Origin: Salisapilia sapeloensis CBS 127946
Taxonomy: Eukaryota; Protista; Oomycota
DNA: 64,000 nucleotides
Direction of reading: 5' to 3'
Assembly (NCBI GenBank): GCA_023334545.1
Contig: JAADVB010000045.1
Span: 32,173 to 96,172, forward strand
Below the pieces are notes generated by a model, which worked only from the letters and a program-made list of their open reading frames with translations, had not been told where the DNA came from and did no database searches. Made by a program: the position numbers and the translations under genes. Below, in pieces: positions 58,290 to 64,000 of this stretch (positions are counted from its first letter, which is position 1; each line of letters starts with the position of its first letter).

Positions 58290-59647
58290 TTATGTTAACC
58301 GAAACCGGTGGCAAGTCTTGCTCTGTGTGATGCTGCCTTCACGCAGCATGCACTTGACCGATAGCTCAATCCATTGCGGTCGAAGGTTCTTCCACACCTT
58401 TTGGAAGAGAATGCTGTCTCGAATTTCTCCCATTGAAAGACCGTTGGCACCTGTTAATACGCTTCAGTGGGGAGAGGAGTCATGATCTATATGCTAAGGA
58501 TAGATACTTTGCTCTAGCGTCCGTGTGATGACGAGGATGACCGAGCGGATCGTCACAAACTCGTGCTCATCAGTCGCTTCGTTCTTTAGTGAGAGCAGCC
58601 CGGTGGATCTGAGGGTTGAGAATACACGACGCAGATCCCGACTTGTAAGGTTGTCTCTTCCTGTCGTGCTTAATTTCTACTCCCAAGTCATGACTTATTC
58701 TTCCTGTAGCTGTACGCTTCGAAAGCACTAGAGTACCTCTCTTTCGATGGCAAAGGAGGTTCGGACAGAGACAGCACAGACGGTATCTGCCACCTCTTGT
58801 TCCTCGAGTACCCAAAATTGCTCCAGTAGAGACTGCAGAATGGCAACAAGAAGTCGATCGCTGCGTTCCGCTTCTGGCCGATTCACATATTCATCCGTCA
58901 GTTCGTCATCAAGATCGAGCGTCTTGAAGGCTCTCTCTGCAATCTGAGTCCACAGTTCACTCTCATCAGCTAATGCCCCGGCACTTGGTCCATAGGCATC
59001 GCAAGGATGAGAATATATTGTTTCCGACAGCTCCTGCACTCGCAGCCAGTGCAAAATCTCTTCATTCGGATCCTCCACCTTGGTCATTCGAATCAGTCGG
59101 ATCTCTCGCGACCTGTTCTGTCGATCAGCCCAGCCAACATACATCTATGTAAAATAAACGTACGCGTTCGTATCGCCAAAAGACCGAGTGTCCATATTAA
59201 GTTTCCCTTCCACGCGGACGAGGTCTCCGAGATAAACCTCGCTCTTGGCGTTCGGATCCCATCGAACCACTTGCACCAACGCAGTTCCGTCGTCAATGAG
59301 ATACTCCACTACATCCATCCGTCTTAGACGCTCGGCTAGCTAACGAGTTTCATGTACTGGTCGCACCTCGTTCCGAACGAACAACAATGGACGTGACGAT
59401 GCCAACGACCTGGGCTTTTGTCAAGAGTCTCGACCGGTAGAACCACCCGTCAGCCCACGTCCACGCATGCGTGCAAGGCAGGTCTTCAAACGTCGATATA
59501 CGTGTATTCAATTGCTGTCCGAAGACCGATACAAAAGCCTATTTCCTACCCTCGTCAGCTCCCCCTTTACCGTTTATCTCTTCCTGCACGTACCCACGTG
59601 AGCGGGTCCTCGTTCACACGTCGTCCTGCCGCTTCTACGTCGTCCAT
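58290..59647 (-). CDS. STN1: CST complex subunit STN1 (OB fold plus winged-helix C-terminus), multi-exon
   Basis: EDPLTWAFV..KAQVVGIV..VEYLIDDGT..LGDLVRVEGKL..VEDPNEEILHW. Confidence 0.85.
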
Positions 59648-59684
59648 TTTCGTCCAGTCAAAATCTCTTCCTGCTTCCTAGACG

Positions 59685-61519
59685 ATGTGGTCGGTGCAGA
59701 GATCTCTCGGCCGTCAGGTCGTCGATAGGCGACTTCGATGGCTCAGTACACGCGCAGACGTTGTCCGAATGCTCATTGATACGCACGAGACGCCACAGCT
59801 ACAGCCAGCACAAGAGGAAGCTATAAACGCTGCGGTGGATGGCTACTCGATCTTCCTTCATCAGCGCACGGGGGCAGGCAAGAGCCTGGCGTTCCAAGCG
59901 CCTGCCTTACTAGACTCTACAGACCGACCTACGATCGTCATCTCTCCTCTCGTGGCTCTCATTCATGTATGAATCGTCTACTTGTATCCATCGACCATCA
60001 AATGAGTAGCTCCTGTAGGACCAAGTAGATGCGCTACGACGTAAGGGGGTCGAGGCGGAGAAGCTCATGGGAGACCGTGTCAAGAGCATCACCCACCTAA
60101 GACGCCGACTGGAGGGCACAAGGCTCATTTACACGACACCTGAGTTCCTGCTACTAAACACAGCGATGCAGACGTGGATCCAGGAAGCTTCTCGTGCTAA
60201 TCACGTCGCTCGCATCGTCTTGGACGAAGCGCATTGCGTTTTAGAATGGGGAACGAGCTTCCGACCTTCGTATCTGGAGCTATGTCGATGGAGAGACCGA
60301 TACTTTAGCAACGTTCCTGTGACCTTGACGACCGCCACGATCACAGACGACGACATCCACACCCTCGCATCTCGCTTCCATCTGCAGATACTTTGGAATG
60401 AACGGACCATGAGATCCGAGAGGTATGGATACATGAAGCTCATTCAGCACTTTTCTGACCGGCCAAATCTCCGTCTGGAGGTGGTGAAGAAGACTTCGAC
60501 AGTCGCAGCCAAGTACATTGCCAGTCGCATCCAGTCGAAACCTACGATCGTCTACTGTCTCACCAAGAACGAAGCAGAGAAAGTCAGTGCAGAGCTCCAG
60601 GCGAACGGATGCAGCGCTGGCGTCTACCACAGCGGCATGCCTCGATCCAAGCGAGAATTCGTCCGGAAGCGCTGGATGGGCGGACAGCTCTCGGTCATTT
60701 GTGCCACCAGTGCCTTTGGCGTGCGTTTATATCTCATGAGTCTCGTAAATAAATGCTAAGGAGGCCAGTAGATGGGCATCGACCGACCGGACGTCCGCTT
60801 CATCGTCCACTACTCTCTCCCTCTCTCCCTCTCCTTGTATCATCAGCAGTCGGTACGTCCACATCGTAGTGATCTAGTATCTAGTAGTAACGAGTGACTA
60901 CAGGGGAGGGCCGGACGCGACGGTCAGAGTGCTGTCTGTCTCCTGCTGTACAATGACCAGGACCGACAGAGAGCTGGGTACGTCGCGAGAGACGTGAGTC
61001 TATCAGACGCTAGCACTCCATCGTCTGGTGGAGGTAGTCGAGCAGACATCGAGGACGTGGCAGCCTTGTGCGAGACGACTGGGTGTCGGAAGGAAATTCT
61101 GTATCAGCACTTTGGCTTCCGCTTCCAGTCGCGAGAGTGCAACCGAAACTGTAACTGTGGCAGCATGCCTCTGCTGGATGCAGAGGAGAGTGCGTTGATA
61201 GAGAAAGAGTCCGACAGTTCTGTCGGTGGAAGACAAAAGGGGCTGAAGACACGAGTGCCGGATGCGCAGATTGAGATTCTGTACCACCGACTGAAGATCA
61301 AGGGAGACAAGCATGGACTGGCCAGAAGAGAGCGCCTATCTCGAAAGACCATCGCTGTATGTATTGAGAGAAAGTATTGTATCACATAGACTGAAGACTT
61401 GGATGTAGACGATACTGGAGCATCAGCCACAGACCAGGGAGGAGATGGGGGCGATTCGAGGCGTGGATAGGAAAGCAGTAGACGTGTTCTTTGATGAGTT
61501 TTATTTTACGAGAAAATAA
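59685..61519 (+). CDS. Compact RecQ-family helicase with Zn-binding and HRDC domains and a putative mitochondrial presequence, 5 exons
   Basis: QRTGAGKSLAFQ, VISPLVALIHDQV, LDEAHCVLEWGTSFRPSY, DRPNL, SAFGMGIDRPDVR, QQSGRAGRDG, CRK..HF..CNRNCNC; last exon ILEHQPQTREEMGAIRGV (HRDC). Confidence 0.9.
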
Positions 61520-61521
61520 AG

Positions 61522-63176
61522 TCATACGTTTCTGTCTCTATGCGTCCCTAGTCGAAGACGGATGACGTCGTGGTAGAGCAGGGGGAGGAGGAAGACACAC
61601 GCCATGCACACTCCTACCTCCAACAGCACGAAGACTGGTCCCCACGAGCACACTTCTACGCAGTGTGGGTCCCGAGGATCGCATCCTGCTGGTTCCCGAT
61701 GGCAGTTCGACAGATACCCCACGAGGTACTGGACGAGAGCTGCTCCGATACTACCTGTGCCGTCGATGATGCCAGTGACAGTCGCAAGAGCAGCCGAATC
61801 TCCACGGATGCTCTTGTGTGTTCCTAAGTCGGCCGAGATGGCGGTACTGATGAGGTTGGCAGGTCCTCCAAGCATGAATCCAGAGGAGAAGAGGAGGAAA
61901 CCAGTGGCGCCATAGGTGGATGTATGGAGAGAGTAGATGGTGAAGAAGGAGCAGAGAAGCATGCCTACTAGAACAGGTGCTCGTACGCCCATGTAGTCTG
62001 AGATGTATCCACCTATGAAACCTCCTACGATCTGCCCAGCATCGTAGAGCATCTACTTGGTAGAGATGAGTGGTGATAAGTAGAGAGCAGAGAGGATACG
62101 TACGGAGAAAGCATCGGCCTTGGAGTTTTCCATGTGAAAGTTGGCGGTGAGGTAGAATGGAAGCCAGAAGAAGAGAGCGTAGTTGACGCTCTTGAGGCAG
62201 GCATACGACAGCGAGTACGGAATCACCTACTCGTACGACAAATGTACTTTTATACTCTGCATCAAAGACACGAGTAAGAGAATAGCTACCCCAGGAACAA
62301 GCCACGCCTCGCAGAATGAGATGCCGCGTTGGGGAATAGAAGGTCTTGGACTCACTCCTTCCTCCTCCGTCCCGGCCGTTTCTACGCTAGGTGATACTGG
62401 TTCCTCTACATCTAGCTTTTGATGGCGATATGGAGCATCGGCAGGACTCGGGACGAGATAAACGTGCATGAGTAGGCCGTGGAGACCAACGCAAACGGCA
62501 GTTAGTACGATCCCAGCTTTCCATGCCACCGACCTGTCCATCAGCTCGAACATCATGGCGACCATGGCCGTCCCCAAGATGTTACCCAAACAAGCATTTC
62601 CACTCCAAAGTCCAAACGCAGCTGATAGCACAAAGAGTTTATGCATTTGATAGATAGTTTAGCGTATTGATATTGTTCGTACCCCCTCGTTCGTCATGAC
62701 CAAACCATTTGCCCATGACGGCGACGTTTGCTGGCAAGCCAGACGACTGAACCAACCCATTGGCAGCCCATAGCGTAGCGTAGAAACTCAAGGCGTGAAT
62801 ATCTACGAAGGCACCTAATCCGAAAGCAAGCACAATAGCCGCTGTCAGACCCATACCACCCGACAGAATCTTCCGGAGATCCCACTCGTCCGCTAGCATT
62901 CCACTTTTGCAAAGATAAAATCATACTCCGAAGCGAACGAGCAATTAACTAAGTCTACCTGACGTAGAGACCCATGGCGTAGAGAGCGAGGAAGAGCGTG
63001 TCAAGAACTCCCGCCATCTTGGCTTGCTGCGAATGATCGTAGAGAGAGGATTCGAACCACCCCTCGCGACTCATCTCGCTCTTGACGGCAGAAAAGCTCT
63101 TTCGACAGGCATGGAGCAGTGCAAAGCTCCAGAAAGTGAGGAAGAATGCCCCGCTTTTGCTCGCGAAGGTCGCCAT
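61522..63176 (-). CDS. MFS sugar-phosphate/glycerol-3-phosphate exchanger (SLC37/G3Pp-like), multi-exon
   Basis: HACRKSFSAVK, LDTLFLALYAMGLY, NGLVQSSGLP, KWFG, GLWSGNACLGNILG, LYDAGQIVGG, GGPANLISTAISADLG, TVTGIIDGTGSIGAA. Confidence 0.93.
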
Positions 63177-64000
63177 CCCGATGCCTTCACCTTTGTAAAT
63201 GTTTGTGTAATGGGTATTGAAGTTGGGCCGAACGGATAGATCAGGAGCTAGAGGATTGCCATCTGTTCAGGCTATAGTCTCATCACCCATTAACGAGACT
63301 CGCATGAAAGTACTTTCACGGGACCCAACTCTATTTTACGTTGCCGAGACCGGCATCAAAACAATTCATATACTGCGTTGCATCTAGCCACTGTCCGAGC
63401 GCTATGAAAATCGCATCTGGAAAACAAAGCATTAATGCCATGAAGCTTCATTAATATCAGAAATTAACCTGGCACTGGCGAGATTGTTTAATTAATAGCT
63501 GTCTATCCACTTCAATGGTACATTGTATGCTCTTACATCCACGGTCCAGACTTCACAAGCATCTGATTGTAGCCCAAACGAACAGAAAACCTTGCCTACG
63601 AAACCCAGAAAACCTCGTCAACGCTTTCACTGGATAAAAATAGAGTAATCATAATATCGCAAAACCTCGAGAGCTTATGAACTAAAGACATTACTTTTCA
63701 ATCACGTTCGTTGTTGCTTACGTATTGGTCCTATGGCAAATAAGCCTGACTACTAAATGGAAAACAAAATCTAATCAAATCTCTAACTATTGAATTTGTT
63801 CTCTGAGATTTAAAGACGATAGCAAGCTATACTGCTTCAACAAAGCGGTTAATTCACCGAATAGCATATTTTTTGCGCATGAGGGCTCAGCTCATGCATG
63901 TTGTTTGTTTGAAGTTGCCAATGACGACAACAAGCTCTACGAAGAAAGTTACGTCGACGATGTGGCTCGAAGCTGCGAATGCAAACAAGACATGATAGAC

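Noticed and set aside
63277-63897. Palindromes TGAAAGTACTTTCA (63305), ATGAAGCTTCAT (63440) and a 7-bp hairpin near 63877
   Set aside because: About 4 perfect 14-mers and 16 perfect 12-mers are expected by chance in 64 kb; no repeat array or terminal inverted repeats.
63885-64000. Hydrophobic minus-strand reading VYHVLFAFAASSHIVDVTFFVELVVVIGNFK
   Set aside because: Could be the end of a gene from the next window, but it is too short to support here.
1-64000. tRNA, rRNA, snRNA, CRISPR arrays, telomeric repeats, intact transposons
   Set aside because: No diagnostic motifs found by eye; tRNAscan/Infernal would be needed to exclude small RNAs.

Overview
Gene-dense eukaryotic nuclear DNA, most likely an oomycete or related flagellated stramenopile. 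Support: oomycete-type Inr+FPR core promoters, the flagellar genes HYDIN and CCDC153, and short (about 45-75 nt) GT-AG introns. I can support about 28 genes plus several weak candidates. In order: a RuvC-fold Holliday-junction resolvase; a mitochondrial CPS III-type carbamoyl-phosphate synthase head-to-head with an ARG5,6 fusion; Spg1/Tem1 GTPase; a TRP/PKD2-like membrane protein; a tail-anchored protein; PRMT10-like methyltransferase; MetAP1; GGTase-I beta; RPN1; YIF1; DCP2; PRP3; a TPR membrane protein; CCDC153; a GT32 glycosyltransferase with two in-frame TAG stops; a CaMK; TMEM104; aconitase; a roughly 5 kb gene-poor island holding a small secreted Tyr-rich peptide; SNU13; SNIP1; BLOC1S4; HYDIN; STN1; a RecQ helicase with a likely mitochondrial presequence; and an SLC37-type transporter. 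I saw no tRNA, rRNA, CRISPR array or intact transposon. Best leads: (1) a spliced, phage-like RuvC resolvase that, with the RecQ, could form an organellar recombination toolkit; (2) a two-gene arginine/urea-cycle module on one bidirectional promoter; (3) extreme gene packing, with start codons 26-42 bp apart and stop codons 2-17 bp apart; (4) the secreted aromatic peptide in the gene-poor island. All exon models were built by eye, and family calls come from remembered motifs, not database searches.
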